DNA of 64,000 nucleotides. Source: Thermoproteota archaeon (GTDB lineage Archaea > Thermoproteota > Nitrososphaeria > Nitrososphaerales > Nitrososphaeraceae). This document shows, piece by piece, positions 29,567 through 38,749 of the stretch. The stretch spans positions 20,086 through 84,085 of the forward strand of contig JBKPGB010000078.1 of assembly GCA_046729135.1 (NCBI GenBank), given 5' to 3'. The number at the start of each line of letters is the position of its first letter. The stretch's first letter is position 1. A model generated the notes under the pieces. It had not been told where the DNA came from. It saw nothing but the letters and a program-made list of their open reading frames with translations, and made no database searches. A program made the translations under genes and the position numbers.

Positions 29567-29980
29567 TTAAGGAAATGGAATACTTGGTAATTCAAAAGGA
29601 ACGTCATATTTTGTAGGCTTTGATTTTTCAGGACAATTGGAATTACAATCATTATCATCATTATGTTTCACGTCATTTGAATAAACGTCATTTGGATAAA
29701 TGCCTTCTCTCGTAGACAGATTAGTGCTGTTTCTGTCATTGTCGATACCTTTTACCTTGAAAGGGTCTGAATGCTGTATTTGAGATTTCAGTTCAGACAT
29801 GAGTTCCTTATTTGTGCTTTGATTATTAATTAGGCTAGCAATTGGAGAAAAACGTTGAATTTGATTGCTATTAATTTCATCCTTCCCTATGGTCAGATTC
29901 GCATAGACATGGCTATGTATAGTGCTCACTAATAATATTATACCGCTTATTGCAATTAGGGCAATGATTCTACCTACCAT
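29567..29980 (-). CDS. Secreted hypothetical protein ending in DVPFELPSIPFP
   Basis: Signal peptide, low-complexity Asn/Asp-rich body, Pro/Phe-rich C-terminus. Confidence 0.65.
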   Translation of the reverse strand: MVGRIIALIAISGIILLVSTIHSHVYANLTIGKDEINSNQIQRFSPIASLINNQSTNKELMSELKSQIQHSDPFKVKGIDNDRNSTNLSTREGIYPNDVYSNDVKHNDDNDCNSNCPEKSKPTKYDVPFELPSIPFP

Positions 29981-30367
29981 GACCTAGCCGTAATGAAATT
30001 TAGCTGAAAGCAAGTATATTTGGATTAGGTAACGAACTGCAGTATGATAGTCAAGGTAAAATCAATAGTACATAAATTAAGGTATAATTTTAGTACGAAG
30101 ATTACTATAACCAAATATACTTGATATATCTTCTAGATAATTGAGATTTCGACTATTTTATTACAACTTTTGTTTTCTTTGTTTGATATCATTTGAGATG
30201 TATATCTCATGAGTTTCTATTTAGGTTATCATTATAGGCTTCAATGCCTCAATACATCTAAACTCGCTATTTGTGGAAAATTCATCTCAAGCATTTCATT
30301 GTTCTATATCAATGGGATTAGTAAGCTATTGACTAAAGTTATGCCAGCCTATTGGTCGAGCTCTCAA

Positions 30368-31360
30368 TCACTTTGTACCAGGTGTAACGTAAAAATTGTT
30401 AATATACATCTCAGAAATCTGTTGCATTTCATCTCCATCTAGATATTTTCCATCTGATATCCGAGAAAATTTATCAATCTCCTCCAAACTTATCATTGTC
30501 GGCAACACGACCGATATTTGCTCATGAGATAGTATGAACTTAATCGCAAGCTCAGTAATATCCCACCCTTTTTTGTCGGAAATTGTCTTCATGTTTTCCA
30601 CTTTTTTTAGCGCCTCATATATCCATTCCTTCTTTCTCACACTCCTATGATCATTCTTGTCAAATATGGTGTTCTCATTGACTTTACCAGTTAATACTCC
30701 TGATGCGTCAGGGACCCTTGCCATGATACCAACATTTTTCTCTTCACCTGCCTTTAGTAGTTCATTACCCGGGTCTTGTTCCAAAATATTATAAACCGTC
30801 TGCAGGCATGTAATATTATGTTCTCTGATTGCACGTAGGCCTTCTTCTTTCCATCCGATGGCTGGACCCAACGCGACTCCGTGACTTTTAATCTTTCCTT
30901 TGGTAACGAGTATATCCAACGCATTAAATAATTCTTTATTTGTGATGACCTGCATTTTTGGGTTGTGAAGGCTATATACATCAATATAATCTGTCTGAAG
31001 TCTATCCAAACTTTGTCCTAATGCATATTGCAGATACTCAATGTTATGTTTCTGAGGTAACTCATTGTGCCCTACTTGTTCAGCATTGTACATGTCATAT
31101 CCCCATTTTGTTGAATAAACTATTTCATCTCTCATGCCTTTGAATGCTATCCCTATTAACTTCTCACTTTTTCCTTTCCCGTAAATGTCTCCAGTATCAT
31201 AGAAATTGATACCTACGTCATAAGCTCTTTTTAACATTCTAATTGCTTCATCATCTTCTATTTTCTTACCCCACCAATCCAAACCAATGCTCCATGCTCC
31301 AAACCCAATCTCACTTACTTTAATGTCACTTTTGCCAAGTCGTCTGTATCTCAATTCCAA
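30368..31360 (-). CDS. Aldo/keto reductase
   Basis: LGKSDIKVSEIGFG.W, FYDTGDIYG, YSTKWG, LQTDYID.Y.LH. Confidence 0.93.
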   Translation of the reverse strand: MELRYRRLGKSDIKVSEIGFGAWSIGLDWWGKKIEDDEAIRMLKRAYDVGINFYDTGDIYGKGKSEKLIGIAFKGMRDEIVYSTKWGYDMYNAEQVGHNELPQKHNIEYLQYALGQSLDRLQTDYIDVYSLHNPKMQVITNKELFNALDILVTKGKIKSHGVALGPAIGWKEEGLRAIREHNITCLQTVYNILEQDPGNELLKAGEEKNVGIMARVPDASGVLTGKVNENTIFDKNDHRSVRKKEWIYEALKKVENMKTISDKKGWDITELAIKFILSHEQISVVLPTMISLEEIDKFSRISDGKYLDGDEMQQISEMYINNFYVTPGTK

Positions 31361-31953
31361 ATCTCCTTAAACTTATCATAAATTTTTTGAAAATCACCAT
31401 CTTTAATAACTGGTTCACATTGATCAAGTAATTCGTCAATGCTATCATATAAATTCCCGTCCTTCTTAGTCAGCTCAATATCTATCCATGACTTACATCC
31501 AGACCAATTTGGATTTACACTTATTGAAATAGGTTCAGGCAGTTTGTAAACTCTCAATAGAAGGGCACTCACTGGTTTTTTTGGATTGTACCTCATTCTC
31601 ATGTTAACGTATTTTTCATTCCATATATGATACTTCTCTAACTTGGATAATTTCGTTTGATCATGGAACTCCTGCATTGCCTCAATTCTTGCTAAACTCC
31701 TTATGATATTGGATTTGTCTTGGACAACTGATTCATTTTCTTGGAAAAATGAATCGAATTCTTGTAAATAATTTGGTCGCAAATATTCTTCTGATTGGTG
31801 TTCTAGTGTGGGATACAAGAGGAAAATTTTTTGACTAATCTCAAAACCCTTCTTGTATTCTAATATCCCACCCTTTCGTAGCAATATTGATTGTTTGGCT
31901 TCCTCCAAGGCTCTACAAACAATAGACCATTCCTTCAGGGCTAACATAGTCAT
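31351..31953 (-). CDS. DUF1802 family protein
   Basis: ALKEW..VC.AL..A.Q..LLRKGGI.E, FLLYPT.EHQ, GCKSWI. Confidence 0.92.
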   Translation of the reverse strand: MTMLALKEWSIVCRALEEAKQSILLRKGGILEYKKGFEISQKIFLLYPTLEHQSEEYLRPNYLQEFDSFFQENESVVQDKSNIIRSLARIEAMQEFHDQTKLSKLEKYHIWNEKYVNMRMRYNPKKPVSALLLRVYKLPEPISISVNPNWSGCKSWIDIELTKKDGNLYDSIDELLDQCEPVIKDGDFQKIYDKFKEIWN

Positions 31954-32678
31954 CCTAAACTCTTAATTATATCAAAAATTTTTTTATAAACACAAACTAT
32001 CATAGGTGTATCTCTCACAACATATCTGTTTACCTGCGTTTCACGAAGTTTCATGATCAAGTCTTGAAAATCCATCAAATTGTCCGTCTCAAAAGCCAAC
32101 ATAAAATCTTGATCTCCCATACCAAAAGAATAAGAAGTATTCAATCTTATCTGTGGAAATTTCTTACCAACATTAATGTGCTCTTTCATCATTTCACTTC
32201 TTTTTGCAAATGGAAGAAGATACCATTCTCTTGACTTTACAAATGGATAAACGATATTGTATTTTAAAGGTTTGTCATCTTCCATGAAACTTGGAGTAAT
32301 TTTATTCGAATAAATTGATGGACGTGATGCCGACAAGTAAACTTCAGATGTGTCAATGTATTTTCCAAGTACAGTTGTGTAAACCTTTGAACTTAGCACT
32401 TGAATTTTTTCTACAGAGTCAGAAATGCTCCATAACATAAAGTCAGATTCCTTTCTCATACCAATTGTCGAATATGTCATCACCTTCATCTTTGTATTGG
32501 CAATATCTATTAGTGATGAAAACTCCTTAGCAGCTTCATCCTTTCCTATATCATTCAACCATCTCCATTTAGGATCTACTTTATAGAAGGAAAAATTGAG
32601 ATATAAAGTAGGTAAGTTAGTATCATCTTTTTTATCCTTAATCTCCTTTTGATTAATTTTTGATTTATCAAAACTCAT
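31950..32678 (-). CDS. Chlorite dismutase-like / coproheme decarboxylase (ChdC)-like protein
   Basis: VYPFVK.REWY.LP...R..MM.EH...G and SFG..DQDF..AFE motifs. Confidence 0.88.
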   Translation of the reverse strand: MSFDKSKINQKEIKDKKDDTNLPTLYLNFSFYKVDPKWRWLNDIGKDEAAKEFSSLIDIANTKMKVMTYSTIGMRKESDFMLWSISDSVEKIQVLSSKVYTTVLGKYIDTSEVYLSASRPSIYSNKITPSFMEDDKPLKYNIVYPFVKSREWYLLPFAKRSEMMKEHINVGKKFPQIRLNTSYSFGMGDQDFMLAFETDNLMDFQDLIMKLRETQVNRYVVRDTPMIVCVYKKIFDIIKSLG

Positions 32679-32815
32679 GATAATACAGAAATATTCTGAA
32701 TATTTAAATTAAATTTAGAAAGTAAGTGTTCCTCTAAAGTGTTAGAGTGTCAGACTTTAAAGGAAAACAGATAAAATTTAGCATAATATTGTTAAAGTTA
32801 GGATAATAAAAAAAG

Positions 32816-33766
32816 TTAATATTTTATTTGTTTGAGGTCTTTAACCATTCCTTCAATATATTTTCTGTAATTCTTGTCCACTTCCTGAGCAGCAATCAAT
32901 ATTTTGCTCTTAATTTCCGAAGACTCTAAGAACATTCTTGTATCCTTTGGAATACAATGACCTCCAATTCCGTCTCTAGGTTCCAGAATGTTTACATTCC
33001 ATTTTGTATTTACCGCATCTCTTAATTCTGCAAACGAAATACGATTTGCTTTACAAAACATATAGAGATCTTCTGCGAAAGCAATCTGCAAGTATCTGTC
33101 TGCATTCTCGACTATTTTACTCAATTCTGCTAGTTCTACCGTCGAAACAGAATACATGGGAATGTGAAGACTTCTATATGATTTGGTACCGCTATAATAT
33201 TCCAAATCTGACCTTTCTTCATGTTCAACTCCGTTATAAAATCTAATGCCTGTTCGAAGACAACAGTCGCAGACGCCACCTATTACCCTTAGCTGATTGA
33301 CACCATGAACATCTTCTTCAAGAGCATACCACCTATGTGGAGCATGAACGACATGGAATCGATGCTCAAGAATTTCGAACATTTTCCTAGTTGTACCTCT
33401 TGGTACCGTACTTTCGATGGAAACGAGCTTTCCATTTGTAGCCTCTTTAGCTATCTTTCTCGTAATTGCCATTAATCCGTCAACCTGTGGAGAGGAAATA
33501 TCATCTTCTCTATGTGTGGATATGCATATCATAAAGACATCAACGTCTCTGAAATTCTCTATTTTCTTTATGCCATGATGCTTTTCAGCATTATCCATGG
33601 TGAGCTGATTGTTGTCATAACCATAAACATCAAATCCCTTTTCTTTAACATATTTCGCGACTGGAAGACCTAATTGACCCAAGCCTATAACTAGAATTTT
33701 ATCGAACGAGATTTCGTCTTTTAAATGATTAATCATCTTTTCAGCCTCCAAATAATTTTCAAACAA
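32816..33766 (-). CDS. Nucleotide-sugar dehydrogenase family protein lacking the C-terminal domain
   Basis: IGLGQLGLP, IESTVPRGTT, AELSKIVENA.R...IAFA, GIGGHCIPKD; only 316 aa. Confidence 0.85.
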   Translation of the reverse strand: MFENYLEAEKMINHLKDEISFDKILVIGLGQLGLPVAKYVKEKGFDVYGYDNNQLTMDNAEKHHGIKKIENFRDVDVFMICISTHREDDISSPQVDGLMAITRKIAKEATNGKLVSIESTVPRGTTRKMFEILEHRFHVVHAPHRWYALEEDVHGVNQLRVIGGVCDCCLRTGIRFYNGVEHEERSDLEYYSGTKSYRSLHIPMYSVSTVELAELSKIVENADRYLQIAFAEDLYMFCKANRISFAELRDAVNTKWNVNILEPRDGIGGHCIPKDTRMFLESSEIKSKILIAAQEVDKNYRKYIEGMVKDLKQIKY

Positions 33767-34028
33767 ATGCTATTGTATTAATATTTATCTATTGTCGTGA
33801 GAACTAACATACGCATAGAACATATGTCTATTCAAAATATTGTAAATATGTAATAGAAGAAATAACCATAAATTTTAACACTGTAAATCTATTACCATAT
33901 AAACGAATCGAATTTAGCATGAATAAACACTAATTTTACGCTTATTTTTCACTGATGTTGCATTTTTTATTTTTTTATCATTACGAGAAAATTGAACGAT
34001 TTATTAGTCATATCTGGGAAGTATTTAC

Positions 34029-34577
34029 ATGGCAAAAACATTGTCGAGTCAAACACTAAAAAAAAATGATAATGCTCCCTCATTCAGATTAATGGGAACA
34101 GATAACAAATTCTATTCCCTTGAGGATTTCAAAAGTAAGTGCCTGTTGATAGTTTTTATTTGCAATCATTGTCCTTACGTTAAAGCTCGTATAGGTGATT
34201 TAGTTACTCTTCAGAGAAACTTTCCAAAGTCAGAATTACAAATTGTCGGGATAAATAGTAATGACCCATCTTATCAGGATGAAGGCTTTGAGAACATGAT
34301 CAAATTTTTCAAAGAAAATAACTTGAACTTTCCATACGTTATCGATGATGCACAACAAATTGCAAGATCATATGGAGCTGTCTGTACACCAGATCCATTT
34401 TTGTTTGATCAAAACAGAAGGCTTGTGTTTCATGGAAAAATAAATGATGCAATGGAACCAGAGATGACTCCACAAGTGAATGTTATGGAAAATAATATCA
34501 GAAAAATATTGAACGGAGAAATAATAGAAAAAGATTTTGATCCATCTATCGGCTGTTCAATTAAGTGGAAATCGTAA
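34029..34577 (+). CDS. Thioredoxin-like AhpC/TSA (redoxin) family protein
   Basis: FICNHCPYVK, D..Q.IARSYGAVCTPD.FLFD, SIGCSIKWK. Confidence 0.93.
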   Translation: MAKTLSSQTLKKNDNAPSFRLMGTDNKFYSLEDFKSKCLLIVFICNHCPYVKARIGDLVTLQRNFPKSELQIVGINSNDPSYQDEGFENMIKFFKENNLNFPYVIDDAQQIARSYGAVCTPDPFLFDQNRRLVFHGKINDAMEPEMTPQVNVMENNIRKILNGEIIEKDFDPSIGCSIKWKS

Positions 34578-34582
34578 ATTAT

Positions 34583-36448
34583 TTAACCGTACCTGTAGAT
34601 GATTCCTTTTTCACCTTTTGGATGTCTCCATCTAGTTCCAATAGAACAAGTCCCACATTCGACGCAACCTTCATGTTGTAGCACTACATCTTTTCCTTCA
34701 AGACTATAGCACTTGGTAGGACATAGTAGAATTAGTTTTTTCATGAATTCACTTCTTTTATCCTCCACAGTGATATGTGATTCGGTATCATCATTGTATT
34801 GCAATTTAGCAATTCTTTCTGATAAAGTCGGAATTACTGGTGCGTACGAAGAATTGACAATACTTCCTAGTCTGTTTGCCAAAAGGATTGGCACCTGAAC
34901 ATATGTCTTTTCTGATTCTATAATTGGTAAAACTTTATCATATCCCAAAAAATTTACCAGTCGAAGGGCAATTCCCCTCAATCTTTTATTTTTCATAAGA
35001 CTAAGACCAAAACCAGATAAAGGATCAAGAGAATCCATGGAAATGTTTCTTGCTACGTTAAGAAACAAAGTTATATAGTCTTCATCGATTCTATTCATTT
35101 CTCTGGTATATGGACTCTCATTAATAAGGGATTCATAGTAATTTCCCATGTAACCTGAATCAAAATTATTTTTTTCTATAGATCGCGAAATTGCAATAGA
35201 GGCCCTTACTGCATCATCGATACCAACATTGAGTCCTTCAATTTTTGGACCGATGAATATTCCACGACCAGCAGCATCTCCGATAAATAAAATATTTTTA
35301 TAATAGGGCTTTTTCATCATGCATCTTTTACCATCAGGGATTAGCTTTGCGCTATATTCAAGCTCTACATAATTATTAACAAATTGTACCCCATACTTTT
35401 CAATTAGGTCTTTTTTAATATTATCAATTTTTGATTTAATATCTTCTATATTTCTGAACTTTCCAGACTCTACCAATTCTACATCATTTTTGGAAAAATA
35501 TTTGTATCTTAATTCATCGTATGTTTTTATTAGTTTACTAAGGCTAAGCTGCATTTTGAGTTGTTCTTCTTTTGAAAGATCATTGTTATCCTTTCTTAAT
35601 GGGACTTCATCTTTAATATATTCACTAATTAGAGGATTTTTGATTAATTCATCTATGAGCTGTGCTGGAGTAACCGGATTTGAGAGAAGCGAATCATAGT
35701 GATAGACCGCTCCAAGTGATAATGTTTGGCGATTTGTATAAAGAAATCCACCACCAATATGATTCAACGTGATATCACCTGCAAAAAGATGCGCTGAACC
35801 TTCTGAAGAATTCAGATGAAACCTTTCTTCAATAATATTTTCAGGTAATTTTATGATGACTTTAACACCAAAGTAAACTTCTTCTGGTTTGAATTTCTCC
35901 CTAGCTGCCGTAGTTTCGGCAACTTCTGAATTTACTCCGTCAGCAGCAATTATTGAATTTACTTGGAATTCTTCTAATTCATTCGTCCTTATAATTGTCT
36001 TGTCGCCCATCCACTGAATATCAGAAACGTGGACTCCAGTGATAATTCCACCACCTTGTTTTTCAGCTGACTCAGAAGCTCGCTCTGCAAGCCAAGGGTT
36101 TAATTTATTTAAAAGAACGGAGAACCCAAAATTTGTTTTGTATTCATGAAGTGGAGTGAGATCCATTGTAAAAATTTTATTCTTGGAAGTAGCGTGCAGT
36201 AAATACTTCTTTATTAACCTCTCTACTGGTGCGTTGGACACAAAATCTGCACCAAAAACATCCTCAACGTTGTATATCCTTCCATGAGGGTCTTGTTTAG
36301 AATACAAAATACCACCAGAGACATTTTTGGTGCCTATCCGATTACCTGCTTCAATTAATATCGCGCTTCTATTAAGATCAGATAATTTTTTTAATGCTGA
36401 TAGTCCAGCTGACCCGCCCCCAATTATCGCCACATCATATTCTTCCAA
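34583..36448 (-). CDS. fixC: FixC/EtfC-type FAD oxidoreductase fused to FixX/EtfX ferredoxin
   Basis: IIGGGSAG, GTKNVSGG, AADGVNS, GDAAG; C-terminal CPTKCY...GCVECGTC...WRHPKG.KG..Y.YG FixX signature. Confidence 0.88.
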   Translation of the reverse strand: MEEYDVAIIGGGSAGLSALKKLSDLNRSAILIEAGNRIGTKNVSGGILYSKQDPHGRIYNVEDVFGADFVSNAPVERLIKKYLLHATSKNKIFTMDLTPLHEYKTNFGFSVLLNKLNPWLAERASESAEKQGGGIITGVHVSDIQWMGDKTIIRTNELEEFQVNSIIAADGVNSEVAETTAAREKFKPEEVYFGVKVIIKLPENIIEERFHLNSSEGSAHLFAGDITLNHIGGGFLYTNRQTLSLGAVYHYDSLLSNPVTPAQLIDELIKNPLISEYIKDEVPLRKDNNDLSKEEQLKMQLSLSKLIKTYDELRYKYFSKNDVELVESGKFRNIEDIKSKIDNIKKDLIEKYGVQFVNNYVELEYSAKLIPDGKRCMMKKPYYKNILFIGDAAGRGIFIGPKIEGLNVGIDDAVRASIAISRSIEKNNFDSGYMGNYYESLINESPYTREMNRIDEDYITLFLNVARNISMDSLDPLSGFGLSLMKNKRLRGIALRLVNFLGYDKVLPIIESEKTYVQVPILLANRLGSIVNSSYAPVIPTLSERIAKLQYNDDTESHITVEDKRSEFMKKLILLCPTKCYSLEGKDVVLQHEGCVECGTCSIGTRWRHPKGEKGIIYRYG

Positions 36449-36450
36449 GT

Positions 36451-37674
36451 CTATTGACTCCGTATAGTTATAGATGACATTTGCTTTTTTATCTGGTCAA
36501 TCAGTATCGGAATAACCTGTTCCATTCTTCCTTTTATAAAAATATCCGATTCGTCTACAATGGGAGATTTTTCATCAGTATTTATGGAGATAACCATTTC
36601 AGAATCTTTCATTCCAGCAACATGTTGTATGGCTCCGCTTAATCCCACAGCTACATAAAGAGTTGGTGTAACGTTGCTCCCACTAGTGCCAATGACCCTA
36701 TCTGGAATCATATATTTTGAATCCAGATTCTGACTCAATTGATATGGTTTTTTTGATAATGGTAATGTTATTCCTATTTCTGCATCAAGTAGTTCTGCGA
36801 ATTCTTCAACTAGTTTGATATTTTGTTCCGGATTATCTTTAATTCCACGTCCAAAGCTCACTACTATCTTGCAAGTTTCGTAATCGATTGTTCTCTCAAT
36901 CACCCTTCTACTCAATATCTTAATTTTTGGATCTTGGTCTATTATAGGGGAATATTCTACAATTGTCCCTTTCCTTAGATTATCCCTTTCTATTGGCTTA
37001 AATGCGCCTGGTATTATGCTGCATCCCTGTGGATGATATTCCCTAAGAATTTCTGGGTTTTTGTTATCTAGACATAGTATTGTTGTCCATAAAAAACCAG
37101 AAAAATCTGGACGATACATTTCTAGAATTTTTTTGTATTTCACAGACTGGCCTTTTGTTTTGTGCTCATGTCTAATATCGAGATCACTTATGACTAGCTT
37201 ATTTATATCAGATGCTAAACCTGAATCAAGCTCTGCCAGTACCGTAGAAGACAAGTGTCTCCCAATATTGTCCGCAGCAAAGAACATGTATCTTGGTTTT
37301 ACAAATGTGTTTTTGTATTCAGGCGATATTTCCTTCAAGATTTCCGCATCTTTTGCAATCTGAACTATTACTCTAGTATCGATATCATTTCGAGGATATC
37401 TTAGTTCCTCATGATTAGCATATATTACTGAATCTGCTCCATATGTTACTAATTCATCACATAATCTTCTAACATTACTACCAAGTAATACTGCTACGAC
37501 CTTTTCTGATGAATTGTATTTTTGATTAAAATCATCCATCAACCTTCTCGCTTCGCCTAGCATTTCCAAACTTACAGGCACTACCTGGCCTTCAAAATGC
37601 TCGATTATTACATAAATATGTCTATATTTTTCATCGGTGTCTGATCTATTTTCTCGACCTAATGATTTTGACAT
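36451..37674 (-). CDS. fixB: Electron transfer flavoprotein subunit alpha
   Basis: VSLEMLGEAR.L, VSFGRG, LYVAVGLSGAIQHVAGM, SINTD..SPI...SD. Confidence 0.92.
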   Translation of the reverse strand: MSKSLGRENRSDTDEKYRHIYVIIEHFEGQVVPVSLEMLGEARRLMDDFNQKYNSSEKVVAVLLGSNVRRLCDELVTYGADSVIYANHEELRYPRNDIDTRVIVQIAKDAEILKEISPEYKNTFVKPRYMFFAADNIGRHLSSTVLAELDSGLASDINKLVISDLDIRHEHKTKGQSVKYKKILEMYRPDFSGFLWTTILCLDNKNPEILREYHPQGCSIIPGAFKPIERDNLRKGTIVEYSPIIDQDPKIKILSRRVIERTIDYETCKIVVSFGRGIKDNPEQNIKLVEEFAELLDAEIGITLPLSKKPYQLSQNLDSKYMIPDRVIGTSGSNVTPTLYVAVGLSGAIQHVAGMKDSEMVISINTDEKSPIVDESDIFIKGRMEQVIPILIDQIKKQMSSITIRSQ

Positions 37675-37677
37675 TTT

Positions 37678-38547
37678 TTACTTGCCTCTTAGGATTTGGA
37701 TTATTTTTGTTGTTATTGGTGTTAAATTATTTGGATTAGTTGGATCTATGAACTCTGTTTTACGGTTTGTTTTTGCCCTAGGAATTCTTTCTACTCTATA
37801 TACTATAGTTGGAGAACCCGGCAGTCCTACGAGTTTCGGGTCTAGATTTAATTTTTTACTATCAAATATTCTTAAAATATGAGTATACTCTTCTGAATGT
37901 TTTCTCCCTTCTTTGCTAAACTTGTTTGATGTTAATCTTTGCGATACAGTATTGAAAATAGATCTATAAGAAGGATCAATAGTTATAAAGACGGGTAGTG
38001 GAGATTCTATTTCTTCAATAATTGTATCCATTCCTTGAAGAGAAATCAATCTTTTTGCAATTACCACTTTTCTCCCTAAATCAATATCAAAATCAATGAC
38101 ATTACCAAGAAAAGTATATCCCAACTTCCATGCGGTCTGTGGACCTGTCTGTCCTGTCTCCCCATCGGACGCTCGATGTCCAGAAAAGACGATATCAATC
38201 TTATTACCTCCAAACATATTTTCTACTCCGTTCCTGAGTACTTCTGCAGTTGCAAGGGTATCTGCACCTGCAAACAGTCTATCACTGTATAAATTGAGTT
38301 CTTCAGCATCAGTCAACACTTGAGCCTGCTTGAGGGCAGATTCTGCAATGGGTGGGCCCATTGTACCGATAGAAATATGTGCGCTGTATTTCACCTTGCA
38401 GTAAAATGCAGCATTACATGCTATTGCACTGTGTGGACCCAAAATATTTTTTGTTTCAGCCCTATTTAGTGTTCCATCTGAATTATAACTTACATTACCT
38501 TCAGAAAAATCAGGTTCTAGTTTTATAATAACACCAACATTTAACAA
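37678..38547 (-). CDS. fixA: Electron transfer flavoprotein subunit beta
   Basis: GTLNR, TMGPP.A, SDR.FAGADTLATA..L, G.RASDGETGQTGP, GLPGSPT.V. Confidence 0.92.
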   Translation of the reverse strand: MLNVGVIIKLEPDFSEGNVSYNSDGTLNRAETKNILGPHSAIACNAAFYCKVKYSAHISIGTMGPPIAESALKQAQVLTDAEELNLYSDRLFAGADTLATAEVLRNGVENMFGGNKIDIVFSGHRASDGETGQTGPQTAWKLGYTFLGNVIDFDIDLGRKVVIAKRLISLQGMDTIIEEIESPLPVFITIDPSYRSIFNTVSQRLTSNKFSKEGRKHSEEYTHILRIFDSKKLNLDPKLVGLPGSPTIVYRVERIPRAKTNRKTEFIDPTNPNNLTPITTKIIQILRGK

Positions 38548-38749
38548 ATCTTGGTTCTTTATAGATCATCTTAATATAATTCTTGATTTTCCGGTATTTC
38601 TTATCATTTTTGATCTTCCTATTACCGACTTATTTTTTGCAAAATATGATATCAAGCCGTTACTCAAGAATGAATCCTTCAAAAATAGGTCTTTCTTTCT
38701 ATGACCTTACTTACAATACCTTTAATTATCATAAGTATTATGTGAAGAT

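Noticed and set aside
31950-32678. True chlorite dismutase
   Set aside because: The distal Arg appears to be replaced by Leu; reported as Cld-like/ChdC-like.
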